Source: Candidatus Binataceae bacterium
Lineage (GTDB): Bacteria; Desulfobacterota; Binatia; Binatales; Binataceae
Assembly: GCA_036495685.1 (NCBI GenBank)
Contig: DASXMJ010000023.1
Coordinates: 77,020-141,019 of the forward strand
Length of the DNA: 64,000 bases
Reading direction: 5' to 3'
Part shown: positions 29,267-37,698 of the stretch, piece after piece
Layout: each line of letters begins with the position of its first letter
Position numbering within the stretch: the stretch's first letter is position 1
Made by a program: the position numbers and the translations under genes
Notes under the pieces: generated by a model
What the model saw: only the letters and a program-made list of their open reading frames with translations
The model's database searches: none
Told to the model about the DNA's origin: nothing

Positions 29267-29650
29267 TCAGTAATACGCAATTTCGATCAGGTGCCGGTTG
29301 GGGTCGAAGAAGTAGACCGACTTGCATGCTCCGCGCGCACCTCCGCTAACTCCGGGCCCGCGCATGTTGCCCACCGTGTCGAACGAGTCACCATATTCGA
29401 TTCCCGCCTCGCGCACCCTCTGGAAAGTGTGGTCAAATTCCTCGCGCGACATCGAAAACGCCAGGTGCTCGCCACCCCTGGTTCCGAAGGGAGCGAGCTG
29501 CAGCATAAAATCCGGCTCCACTTTGATAACCGAGAACGGCGTCCCTTCCCGCGCTCCCTCATGCGCGAAGCCGAGAATGCACGTGTAAAAAGCGATGCTT
29601 TTCTCGCGATCGTTCACGTTGAGAATGAGATGATCCAGACGGGTTGCCAT
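29267..29650 (-). CDS. VOC family protein (glyoxalase/bleomycin resistance)
   Basis: 127 aa. The N-terminus reads LDHLILNVNDREKSIAFYTCILGF. Confidence 0.75.
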   Translation of the reverse strand: MATRLDHLILNVNDREKSIAFYTCILGFAHEGAREGTPFSVIKVEPDFMLQLAPFGTRGGEHLAFSMSREEFDHTFQRVREAGIEYGDSFDTVGNMRGPGVSGGARGACKSVYFFDPNRHLIEIAYY

Positions 29651-29765
29651 TTGGGAACTCCTCGGGCACGGGCGCCGGCCGGCCTCGACCCATGCCGCGC
29701 GTCCACGACATTGACTATTCGATAGCGGTTCCGGGTGTGGCGGTCTTGCGCTAAAGTGTCAACCA

Positions 29766-30542
29766 ATGCCGACAAAGCGTCAGCACTTCTTTGACCCGCG
29801 CCACTACCAGATTCGCGCCGGATTCCCCGCCGAGTACGCGCACGGCGCCATCGTCGAGCCCCATCGACATCCGTGGCACCAGCTCACCTTCGCCTCGCAG
29901 GGCGTCGTCACCGTCACCACGCGCGAGGGCTCATGGGTCGTCCCCACGCATCGCGGGTTATGGGTCCCGGCACGCACCCGCCACTGGCTGGAGATGTCTG
30001 GAACGGTTTCACTGCGCGCGCTCTATGTCGCGCCGACCCTGAGCACCACCCTGCCCGACAAATGCTGCGTGGTCGAAATCTCTCCGCTGATGCGCGAATT
30101 GATTCTTCGGGTATCCGAACTCAAGGGACTCAACTCCCATATCCCGCTCCATTCCCATCTGGTCCCGGTGATGCTCGATCATCTTCACTTGATGCAATCG
30201 GACCCTATTCATTTGCCACTGCCCCGCGACGGGCGCGCAAAGCGAATCGTATCCCTTCTCGGGCAAGAACCCGCCAACCGAAAACCGCTCGGCGAACTCG
30301 CCAAGACCGCCGGTGCCAGCAAGCGCACCCTCGAGAGACTGTTCAAGTCAGAGACCGGACTTGGCTTCGGCAAATGGCGCCAACAGTTCCGTTTAGGTCA
30401 TGCGCTGCGGCTGCTCGCGGCGGGTCAAGCGGTGACCAGCGTGGCACTCGATGTCGGCTACGAGAGCCCCAGCGCGTTTATCTCGGCATTTCGCATGACC
30501 TTCGGGCAGACGCCCGGGGAGTATTTCCGCTCTGCGTATTAG
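29766..30542 (+). CDS. AraC family transcriptional regulator (cupin sensor domain plus HTH)
   Basis: An N-terminal cupin-like domain and a C-terminal AraC HTH (ESPSAFISAFRMTFGQTPGEYFR). It is divergent from the VOC gene. Confidence 0.8.
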   Translation: MPTKRQHFFDPRHYQIRAGFPAEYAHGAIVEPHRHPWHQLTFASQGVVTVTTREGSWVVPTHRGLWVPARTRHWLEMSGTVSLRALYVAPTLSTTLPDKCCVVEISPLMRELILRVSELKGLNSHIPLHSHLVPVMLDHLHLMQSDPIHLPLPRDGRAKRIVSLLGQEPANRKPLGELAKTAGASKRTLERLFKSETGLGFGKWRQQFRLGHALRLLAAGQAVTSVALDVGYESPSAFISAFRMTFGQTPGEYFRSAY

Positions 30543-30860
30543 CTCCCGATTGCGGCGCGCGATGACCCGCGCTGTCTGGCACCCCCACACAATCAGAGAA
30601 GGGTGTGGTTTCCCTTCCCGTCTCGGGAAGCAGAAAGAATTTTCTCGTCATCGCCTGTCCTTCGAGAGGGACTTCCCTCATGAATGCCGAGTTGACCGTG
30701 TACCGCAAATCAGTGCCGCGAGACTTGGATTTCCTTCGCAGCCTGCGTTTTCTTCGGTGCCGAACAGACGACGTGCAAACCTACCAGAGAGGAACTTTTC
30801 CGACCACCACATTTACTCGAATAGCTTGAGCGACGGCGCAACGCTCGCTGCTGCTGAACC

Positions 30861-31307
30861 CTAGGCCGCTTCGGGCGGAGCGAAAACGGTAAGCCCGAAG
30901 AGCGGTTCGCTATCCGTGCGAAGAGTGTGCATCGCGCCGGCCGGAATAGTCAGGATGTCGCCCGCTTTGATCTGCTGTTCATTGCCCGCGACACGTGCAG
31001 TCGCCGACCCCTCAAGCACATAGATGATCTGGTCACCACGATGGCTGTTCTCGCGATCGCTGTGGAAGTTCGCCGGGATCGTGAAGGTCATCGTCTCGCT
31101 CTGCGCAGTCCGCCGCAGGCGCTTGCCGCGCGCCTTCGTGCCGTCACCACGAAACGCCATCAGGTTGGAGATGTTAAGCGGATTCTCGAGTGCGCCGCCG
31201 GTCGACGTGGTCAGTTCATTCATTTGTTGCTCGAAGACCGCCTCGGAAATGATCCCCTTGCGATAAGCCCTCAGCAATTGGGTGAAGACAAAATCCTTGC
31301 TCGCCAT
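30861..31307 (-). CDS. cupin domain protein
   Basis: The C-terminal cupin motif reads HSDRENSHRGDQIIYVLEGSATARVAGNEQQIKAGDILTIPAGAMH. The start is set at MASKDF. Confidence 0.6.
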   Translation of the reverse strand: MASKDFVFTQLLRAYRKGIISEAVFEQQMNELTTSTGGALENPLNISNLMAFRGDGTKARGKRLRRTAQSETMTFTIPANFHSDRENSHRGDQIIYVLEGSATARVAGNEQQIKAGDILTIPAGAMHTLRTDSEPLFGLTVFAPPEAA

Positions 31308-31472
31308 AGCCTTGGCTCCTCTGCGAAGCTTACAGGAAAAGATCTGACTAAGCGGACCGTAGCACATGCCGGACGCGGCGGTAAAAGCGGACGAGGCGAG
31401 GTTGCGCCGCAGCAGAGCCTATTTGCGAGTGGATCAAGGGCAGAAGATTCGCGATCCGGGTACAGAAGGTCG

Positions 31473-32360
31473 CTATCTTTCGGTTCGGTTCTTGAGCCCC
31501 TCCTGGTAAACCTCCCGCCGACTGCGACCGGTCAGCCTCGCGACAATTGCGCTCGCCTGCTTCAGGCTGACTCCCTCTTCCAGCAGCATGTCCACAGTGA
31601 CCGCTTGACCGTGGCCCGCGGCCGCGCCGTCGGCCGCGCCCGCGACGACGATCGTGATCTCACCGAGCGGATTGGTGTTCTCGAATCTAGCCGCCAGCTC
31701 ACCGAGCGAACCGCGCAGCGTTTCTTCGTAGGTCTTGGTGGTCTCGCGCATCACCGCGGCTTCGCGCTCATTGCCGAAGATCGAAGCCATTGTCGCCAGG
31801 GTCCCACCAAGCCGGCGCGCGGCCTCGTAGAAGATCATGGTACGCGGTTCGCCGGAGAGCCCCTCAAGCTCCTTGCGCAACGCGCCCTCGCGCGTGGGGA
31901 GAAATCCCTCGAACACGAATCGATCGGTGGGCAGACCGGCGATCGACAAGGCAGCGATTGCCGCCGATGGGCCTGGAATCGCCTTCACGACTATCGCCGC
32001 ATCGAGCGCCGCGCGAACCAGGCGATAGCCCGGATCTGAAATCGCCGGCGTGCCAGCATCGCTCACCAGCGCTATGCGCGCGCCTTGCCTGAGTCGCGCA
32101 ACCAAGTCGGGCACGCGTCGTTGCTCGTTGTGCTCGTAATGCGAGAGCAGTTGCTTGCGGAGGCCGTGCGCGGCGAGAAACTGCCCCGTCCGGCGCGTAT
32201 CCTCGCATGCGATCAAATCGACTCCTTCCAGCACCTGCAAGGCGCGGGCGCTGATATCGCCGGGGTTACCGATCGGCGTTGCGACCACGTACAGGACCCC
32301 GGGCGAATTTGCGCTGCTGCTCAAAACCGCACCGGAGTTGGGTCGTTTGTCCGGGGACAA
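31473..32360 (-). CDS. rsmI: 16S rRNA (cytidine1402-2'-O)-methyltransferase
   Basis: LYVVATPIGNPGDISARALQVLEGVDLIACEDTRRTGQ is the classic RsmI N-terminus. Confidence 0.85.
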   Translation of the reverse strand: MSPDKRPNSGAVLSSSANSPGVLYVVATPIGNPGDISARALQVLEGVDLIACEDTRRTGQFLAAHGLRKQLLSHYEHNEQRRVPDLVARLRQGARIALVSDAGTPAISDPGYRLVRAALDAAIVVKAIPGPSAAIAALSIAGLPTDRFVFEGFLPTREGALRKELEGLSGEPRTMIFYEAARRLGGTLATMASIFGNEREAAVMRETTKTYEETLRGSLGELAARFENTNPLGEITIVVAGAADGAAAGHGQAVTVDMLLEEGVSLKQASAIVARLTGRSRREVYQEGLKNRTER

Positions 32361-32408
32361 ATCGCGGCACTACAATGTGTCCGCCGGGCTGAGCAGGAGC
32401 AACCGCCA

Positions 32409-33275
32409 GTGGCCGACGCGGAAAGGGCTATTCTTCTAATCTCGTGCATCGATCGCCCGGGCATCATAGCCCGCGTCGCCGGCCAGCTGTTCCATCTCGG
32501 GTGCAATATTATCACCTCAGACCAGCACACCGATGACGCCGACGGGCACTTCTTCTGGCGCATCGACTTCGAAAGCAACCAGCGCCCGCTTTCCGAGGTG
32601 GCGCAGAATTTAACCGACGGCCTCGCCCGCCTGCTGCCGTGGGAGCAGTTGCGCTGGCATCTCTATGAAGCCTCCAGCCACGACCGGATCGTCATCATGG
32701 TCTCGCGCCTGGCGCATTGCATGATGGATTTGCTAAGCCGCTATCGCTTCGGCGAGCTCGAAGCCGAGGTCGTCGGCGTAATCAGCAATCATCCCGATTT
32801 GGAGCCGCTGGCGCGCCCCTTTGGAGTTCCCTTCGACGTGATTCCCGTCAGCAAGGACAAAAAACCGGAGGCCGAGGCGCGGCTGCTAGAGCGTCTGGTC
32901 GAGCTTAAGGCCGATACGGTGGTGCTCGCGCGCTACATGCAAGTTTTGTCCGGCGATTTCCTCAGGAAGTGGCAGAAACCGATCGTGAACATCCACCACG
33001 GCTTTTTGCCCGCGTTTGCAGGAGCGAGTCCGTACCGCCAGGCGCATGACCGAGGGGTTAAACTAATCGGCGCCACCGCACATTACGTGAGCGAGGAACT
33101 GGACGCCGGTCCGATCATCGCACAGGCCACCACGGCGATTACCCATCGCGACACCATCGCGGACCTCGCGCGCAAGGGCAAAGATCTGGAAGTAATCGCC
33201 CTGGCCAAGGCGGTGCGAGCACACCTGCACAAGCAGGTGCTGATACATCACAACCGCACCATCGTGTTCGAGTAG
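32409..33275 (+). CDS. purU: formyltetrahydrofolate deformylase
   Basis: An N-terminal ACT domain (ILLISCIDRPGIIARVAG) and a C-terminal formyl-transferase domain (HHGFLPAFAGASPYRQA). The start is set at the GTG at 32409 because the longer track ORF overlaps rsmI. Confidence 0.85.
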   Translation: MADAERAILLISCIDRPGIIARVAGQLFHLGCNIITSDQHTDDADGHFFWRIDFESNQRPLSEVAQNLTDGLARLLPWEQLRWHLYEASSHDRIVIMVSRLAHCMMDLLSRYRFGELEAEVVGVISNHPDLEPLARPFGVPFDVIPVSKDKKPEAEARLLERLVELKADTVVLARYMQVLSGDFLRKWQKPIVNIHHGFLPAFAGASPYRQAHDRGVKLIGATAHYVSEELDAGPIIAQATTAITHRDTIADLARKGKDLEVIALAKAVRAHLHKQVLIHHNRTIVFE

Positions 33276-33398
33276 CTCCCGACCCCGGTCCGGGGAGCGG
33301 CCGGTGAGGGACCATCGGCGCACGGCACCCTTCCACCCAGCGCAACTGGGAGGCGGGAGCGTTCTGGCGCCCGGTTCCAGTGCTCGATCCGCAAGCGG

Positions 33399-34061
33399 TC
33401 AGGAGGTGAACCCCTTCTTCGCCTTCAGCTCCTTAAGCAGGGTATCGATCCTCTGTTCACGCTCGAGCACGTGGAAGCGCAGGTCAACCTCGTCATCGGT
33501 TCCGACCAGTTCGCCATTGGCCCTGCCCAGGGCCTCTTCGCGAGCGACCTTGGAGCGCATTCGATCGAAGGTGCGGCTTTCCCCATTGGGCGCTTGCGCA
33601 TCGGCCGCGCGTCGGGTGGCACGTGATCGTCGATGCTGCACGATCAGCATGTCCACCCTTTCGCGGGCCTCGGCGAGCTTTACTTCGAGCCGTTTCAGCG
33701 CGGTTTTCAGAGCCTCGACCTGCGCCTCCTGGTCCGCGATCTGCTGATCCAGGCTCTCATTCAGTTGCTGAAATCGCAGCGCACGCTCCAGAGCTGCGCG
33801 CGCCAGTCCGTCATCCTTCTTATCGACCGCCAGTTCGGCCTTGCGCATCCACTCGGCGTGCTTCTCACCGGTCTCGTTTTTCTTCTTCTCCAGCAAGTGC
33901 AGGTCGGCCAGCGCGATCGCGACCTGGGTCTTGACCTGTATGAATTGGTTTTCCATGTCGAGAATCACCTGCTTGAGCATCTTCTCGGGATTCTCGGCCT
34001 GGTCGAGCAGGTCGTTCAGGTTGGCCCGAACGAGCGTCGCAACACGATCTAGCAGTGCCAT
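33399..34061 (-). CDS. pspA: PspA/IM30 (phage shock protein A / Vipp1) family protein
   Basis: 220 aa, a coiled-coil protein with MALLDRVATLVRANLNDLLDQAENPEKMLKQVILDMENQ. Confidence 0.85.
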   Translation of the reverse strand: MALLDRVATLVRANLNDLLDQAENPEKMLKQVILDMENQFIQVKTQVAIALADLHLLEKKKNETGEKHAEWMRKAELAVDKKDDGLARAALERALRFQQLNESLDQQIADQEAQVEALKTALKRLEVKLAEARERVDMLIVQHRRSRATRRAADAQAPNGESRTFDRMRSKVAREEALGRANGELVGTDDEVDLRFHVLEREQRIDTLLKELKAKKGFTS

Positions 34062-34141
34062 AAAAACCTCCTCGCTCGCGTGAGTAAGGGTCCCGCAATT
34101 GCCGCGTCGCTGCTAAGCGATCTCATCGCGCACCCGGTGCC

Positions 34142-35584
34142 CTACTCTCGGTCGCCATTCTTGGAGCCCGCGGGGCGCTCCGCCTTGTCGCCGATCATGC
34201 GAACCTTTTTGAGCAGCTCGGACATCTGCATGCCCGACAGCGCTTCGAACAGCGCCGGGACCTGAGCAGCCATCTGGGCGATATCGCCGGTAATCTTGTG
34301 CAGGCCCGCGGAATCACCGTCGCCGGTAGAAACCACCGTGATGCGATCGACGTTGGCCAAGGGGCTCGCCAAAGCCTTCACCACCTCGGGCAGGCCGGTA
34401 ATCAATTTGTCTGCTACCGCAGCCTGGTTGTATTCCTGGTACGCCTCGGCCTTGAGATTCATCGCACGGGCTTCGGCCTCGCCTTTCTTGAAGATAATTT
34501 CCGCTTCCGCCTCGCCTTGCGCGCGGATCGCGCTGGCGCGCCCTTGCGCCTCGGCCATCATGCGCGCCTTCTCGGCCTCGGCGATGGTCTGGATGCGCTG
34601 GCGTTCGACCTCGGCCTGCTTGAGCACTGTGGCGATCAGTTCCTTTTCACGGCGCACAATCTCGGCTTCCTGCACCTTCACCTGGCGCTCTTTCTCGACC
34701 TGCTGGACCTTGACGGATTCGGCCACTACCTGCTGCTGCATGACGTTGGCCTGAATCTCGTAGGCCTTGTCGGCCTGCGCCTGCTGGCGCTTCACCAGCT
34801 CCGCATATTCGGCCTTCTTCACCTCGAGGTCGCGCTGCGCCTCGGCTTGTCGGGCCAGCGATGCGGTTTCCGCCGCGACCCGCTCCTGGTCTGCCTGCGC
34901 CTTGGCGATGGCCGCTTCACGCAGCGCGATCGCCCGCTTGATCGCGGTGTCGCGGTCCGCCTCCGCCGCGGCCACGTCGGCATCGCGCCGGATGCGCGCG
35001 ATATCTGGGCGGCCCATGTTGGTGATGTACTCGTTCTTGTCACGGACCTCCTTGATCGTGAAGGAAATCACTTCAAGACCCATCTTGTTCATGTCGTCGG
35101 CACAGGTTGAGCGCATCCGATCGGCCACCATCTCGGGTTGCTTCACGATCTCCTCGACCGTTAGCTGCCCGATGATTCCGCGCAGGTGCCCTTCCATTAC
35201 CAGGCGAATCAGCGCCTCGCGGTCCGGAGCGAGCTTGGTGAGGAACTGTTCCGACGCGGTTAGAATCGACTCGGGGTCCGACTTGACCTTGATTTGCGCG
35301 ACTGCCTCGACGGTCACCGCCACGCCTTGCTTGGTATAGAGGTCCTGCTGGGGGGCGACATCGAAAGACATCAGCTCCAGCGACAGCTCGCGGCAGTTCT
35401 CTACCATCGGGAAGATGACAGTGCCGTGTCCCTTGATGACCCGGGTGCCGCGAAATCCATACACCACCAGCGCCTCGTGCGGCCCGGCCTTCCGGTACAG
35501 CCTTGCAAACACCACCATCACCAGGAGCAGAGCGCCGACCGCGATCACGGCAACGATCACAGCGTCGGTTAACACGTTAGACAT
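34142..35584 (-). CDS. flotillin (SPFH/band-7 domain) family protein
   Basis: An N-terminal TM segment, an SPFH domain, then a long Ala/Glu/Gln-rich coiled-coil flotillin region (FloT/YuaG-like). Confidence 0.85.
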   Translation of the reverse strand: MSNVLTDAVIVAVIAVGALLLVMVVFARLYRKAGPHEALVVYGFRGTRVIKGHGTVIFPMVENCRELSLELMSFDVAPQQDLYTKQGVAVTVEAVAQIKVKSDPESILTASEQFLTKLAPDREALIRLVMEGHLRGIIGQLTVEEIVKQPEMVADRMRSTCADDMNKMGLEVISFTIKEVRDKNEYITNMGRPDIARIRRDADVAAAEADRDTAIKRAIALREAAIAKAQADQERVAAETASLARQAEAQRDLEVKKAEYAELVKRQQAQADKAYEIQANVMQQQVVAESVKVQQVEKERQVKVQEAEIVRREKELIATVLKQAEVERQRIQTIAEAEKARMMAEAQGRASAIRAQGEAEAEIIFKKGEAEARAMNLKAEAYQEYNQAAVADKLITGLPEVVKALASPLANVDRITVVSTGDGDSAGLHKITGDIAQMAAQVPALFEALSGMQMSELLKKVRMIGDKAERPAGSKNGDRE

Positions 35585-35624
35585 ATTTCCTCCTCGCGGA
35601 TCATCAACGCACTCGTAGCGAGCA

Positions 35625-36248
35625 TTAGTCTCGAGCTCTGGCCTCACCTCCGGCCATTTCTTCCCAGCGGCGAACGTACGCGATTCCCTGTTCGTAGCGA
35701 GTCACGACAACTTCCGTGCCGCGCGCGAGGGCCTCGCCCTTCTCGCTGCGAGCGCCACAGGTATGGCGCGTGCCCGCCTGGGAAAAGATGATCTCGCCGG
35801 TGCCACCCGGGCCGACCGGGCTGACAATGCGTGCGAGCACCCCGACCCGATCGTAGTCCGCGGGATCCAGTTCCCGGTCATGCGCGAGCAGCAGCTTGAC
35901 GACGAACCAGAAGATGATGGCTGCGCCCACGGTTCCGGCTCCGCCGGCGAACAACAGAATCAGCAGCGCGGCCAGCGGCGAATGCTCGGTCAGCAGGTAA
36001 CCGGTGGCGCCAAACCAGGCCAGGAACACGGTTATCGTCCCCAGGTTGAAGACCGGTAAAGAACCGCGAGCGCTGCCGGCATCGGGCGCATGCGCATCGG
36101 GTAGCGCGGCATGCCCATGAAACCAACGCACGAAGTGAAGGTGCGGGAAGTGAAAGTGCGTCAGGTGCAGACCGCCGAATACAAACGCAATCACGCTCAG
36201 CGCGGTCCCGACGAAAAAACACACCAGGTAGAAAGTCGCCCAGGTCAT
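35625..36248 (-). CDS. NfeD-like membrane protein (flotillin partner, YuaF-like) with a C-terminal OB fold
   Basis: An N-terminal multi-TM region and a C-terminal soluble beta-domain (GTEVVVTRYEQGIAYVRRWEE). It sits immediately upstream of flotillin, as in yuaF-floT. Confidence 0.65.
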   Translation of the reverse strand: MTWATFYLVCFFVGTALSVIAFVFGGLHLTHFHFPHLHFVRWFHGHAALPDAHAPDAGSARGSLPVFNLGTITVFLAWFGATGYLLTEHSPLAALLILLFAGGAGTVGAAIIFWFVVKLLLAHDRELDPADYDRVGVLARIVSPVGPGGTGEIIFSQAGTRHTCGARSEKGEALARGTEVVVTRYEQGIAYVRRWEEMAGGEARARD

Positions 36249-36769
36249 GGACGGACCCCGACGGATTTTCGGTTTGCGGCTTTGCTGAGCGGGTGCGCAC
36301 CGAGATCTGGTTTCAGCACTTCGCTCAGGCGTTCGACCAGTTGCGGCGCGTCCAGAACCGCGCCCAGCAGGATCAAACACTTGCGCGTGTCATCGTGCCG
36401 AGCCACCCGCAGCAGCGCGTCGCTCACCTCCGGGTCAGAAGCGAATTGCTCCGCCCCCTCGATGAGCCAGAGGTCGAGGCGATCGCGCATGGCGCGCAGG
36501 TCACTGGTCAGCTCGGTGTGGTAGCCCTCCGGGTCGTCGACCAGATACCCGGGATGAACCTTGAAAAAACGGGCCAGCAGCATGCGCGAGGCATTGGTCA
36601 TATGCGGGCGAGTGCCGCTTTCGATTTGCGACAGATAGGATTGGCTGAGCCCCGCGCCCACTTCCTTCTTAAGCGCGCGGGCGAGATCCTGCTGGGTCAT
36701 CTCGCGGCCCATGCCGCGCAGGGTCCCTTCGACCAGGCGCAGATAGCGCAACTTCTCGCTCAGCTTCAT
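36245..36769 (-). CDS. XRE-family HTH transcriptional regulator
   Basis: HTH_3 motif MTQQDLARALKKEVGAGLSQSYLSQIESGTR. The start is set at MKLSEKL. It overlaps the NfeD start by 4 nt. Confidence 0.7.
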   Translation of the reverse strand: MKLSEKLRYLRLVEGTLRGMGREMTQQDLARALKKEVGAGLSQSYLSQIESGTRPHMTNASRMLLARFFKVHPGYLVDDPEGYHTELTSDLRAMRDRLDLWLIEGAEQFASDPEVSDALLRVARHDDTRKCLILLGAVLDAPQLVERLSEVLKPDLGAHPLSKAANRKSVGVRP

Positions 36770-36784
36770 CCAGGCCTCGTTATC

Positions 36785-36814
36785 ACAGATTGCAATAATA
36801 CTATTGCAATCTGT
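36785..36814. promoter_or_regulatory. perfect palindromic operator-like site (12-6-12) upstream of the XRE regulator gene
   Basis: ACAGATTGCAAT aatact ATTGCAATCTGT, a perfect inverted repeat. It sits about 16 nt upstream of the regulator start. It is AT-rich against a GC-rich background. Confidence 0.55.
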
Positions 36815-36912
36815 AAAGGTCAAGCGGAGCCGGAGGCCTCTCCCCTGACGGTCGGTCGCGCCCGGCCGCCACTGCACGACGGTCACCCGGGTTCTGTGGC
36901 ATATTCGACCAT

Positions 36913-37557
36913 GTGCGGACCTTGCCCGAACTGTTCAGGAACAATCGGAGATGGGCGAACCGGATGGAGCACGATCACCCCGGTTTCTTCAGCCAGCTTG
37001 CAGCGCAGCAGGCGCCCGAGTTCCTCTGGATCGGATGCTCGGACAGCCGTGTCCCCGCCAATCAGATCGTCGACCTCATGCCCGGCGAGATATTCGTCCA
37101 CCGCAATATCGCCAATGTCGTCGACCACGCCGACGGAAATTGCCTGGCAGTTATCCAGTACGCGGTCGGCGAGCTGCGCGTAAAGCACATCATGGTGGTC
37201 GGCCATTATCGCTGTGGTGGGGTCCGCGCCGCTCTTGAAACCGAGCGGGGAGGTCTGGTCGACGACTGGCTGGCTCCGATTCGTGCCCTCCACCGGCGTC
37301 ATCGCGCATTCTTCGACCTCTGCTCCGGCGAGACCGCGCGCTGGGACAAGCTCTGCGAGCTCAACGTGCTGGAGCAGGCCCGCAGCGTGTCGCAAACCAC
37401 CATGGTGCGTGAGGCGTGGGCGCGCGGCCAGGATTTAGCGGTCCATGGCTGGATCTATTCAGTTGCGGACGGGTATCTTCGCGACCTCGACGTCACGGTC
37501 GCCAACGCGGAGGAGGCGAAGACGGCCTTCGCAGGAAGATTCGCGCAACTACTGTAA
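36913..37557 (+). CDS. beta-class carbonic anhydrase
   Basis: Carries CSDSRV and HYRCGG zinc-ligand motifs; 214 aa. Confidence 0.85.
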   Translation: MRTLPELFRNNRRWANRMEHDHPGFFSQLAAQQAPEFLWIGCSDSRVPANQIVDLMPGEIFVHRNIANVVDHADGNCLAVIQYAVGELRVKHIMVVGHYRCGGVRAALETERGGLVDDWLAPIRALHRRHRAFFDLCSGETARWDKLCELNVLEQARSVSQTTMVREAWARGQDLAVHGWIYSVADGYLRDLDVTVANAEEAKTAFAGRFAQLL

Positions 37558-37698
37558 CTCCTTCCGCAGCCTCGACATTTAGTCCTTCTTTCTTGCGCAG
37601 GAGGCGGCGCAACGTGCGCGTGGGGGAACTTCCCCGGCCCGTGCGTCCCGGAGGCGGAATTGAAAGGGCGCGCGCTTCGCTGGTTCGAGGAAAGCCGC

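Noticed and set aside
34298-35110. 270-aa plus-strand ORF antisense to the flotillin gene (and similar antisense ORFs such as 484-1203, 9981-10769, 10304-10978, 17390-18214, 18650-19480, 26967-28181, 40966-41697, 41716-42465, 44464-45201, 57524-58873, 60608-61495, 63325-63948)
   Set aside because: These are typical stop-poor antisense frames in high-GC DNA. They have Arg/Gly/His-rich compositions and no domain signatures, and each overlaps a strongly supported gene.
36781-36781. Apparent 1-nt frame inconsistency when hand-translating the XRE regulator across the line break at 36780/36781
   Set aside because: This is most likely my own indexing error in manual reading rather than a genuine frameshift. 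The ORF track reports a continuous 213-aa frame, and both ends check against the sequence.
36293-37183. 296-aa plus-strand ORF covering the XRE regulator region and the carbonic anhydrase start
   Set aside because: It is antisense to the HTH regulator and out of frame with the carbonic anhydrase. Its translation across the palindromic operator is coincidental.
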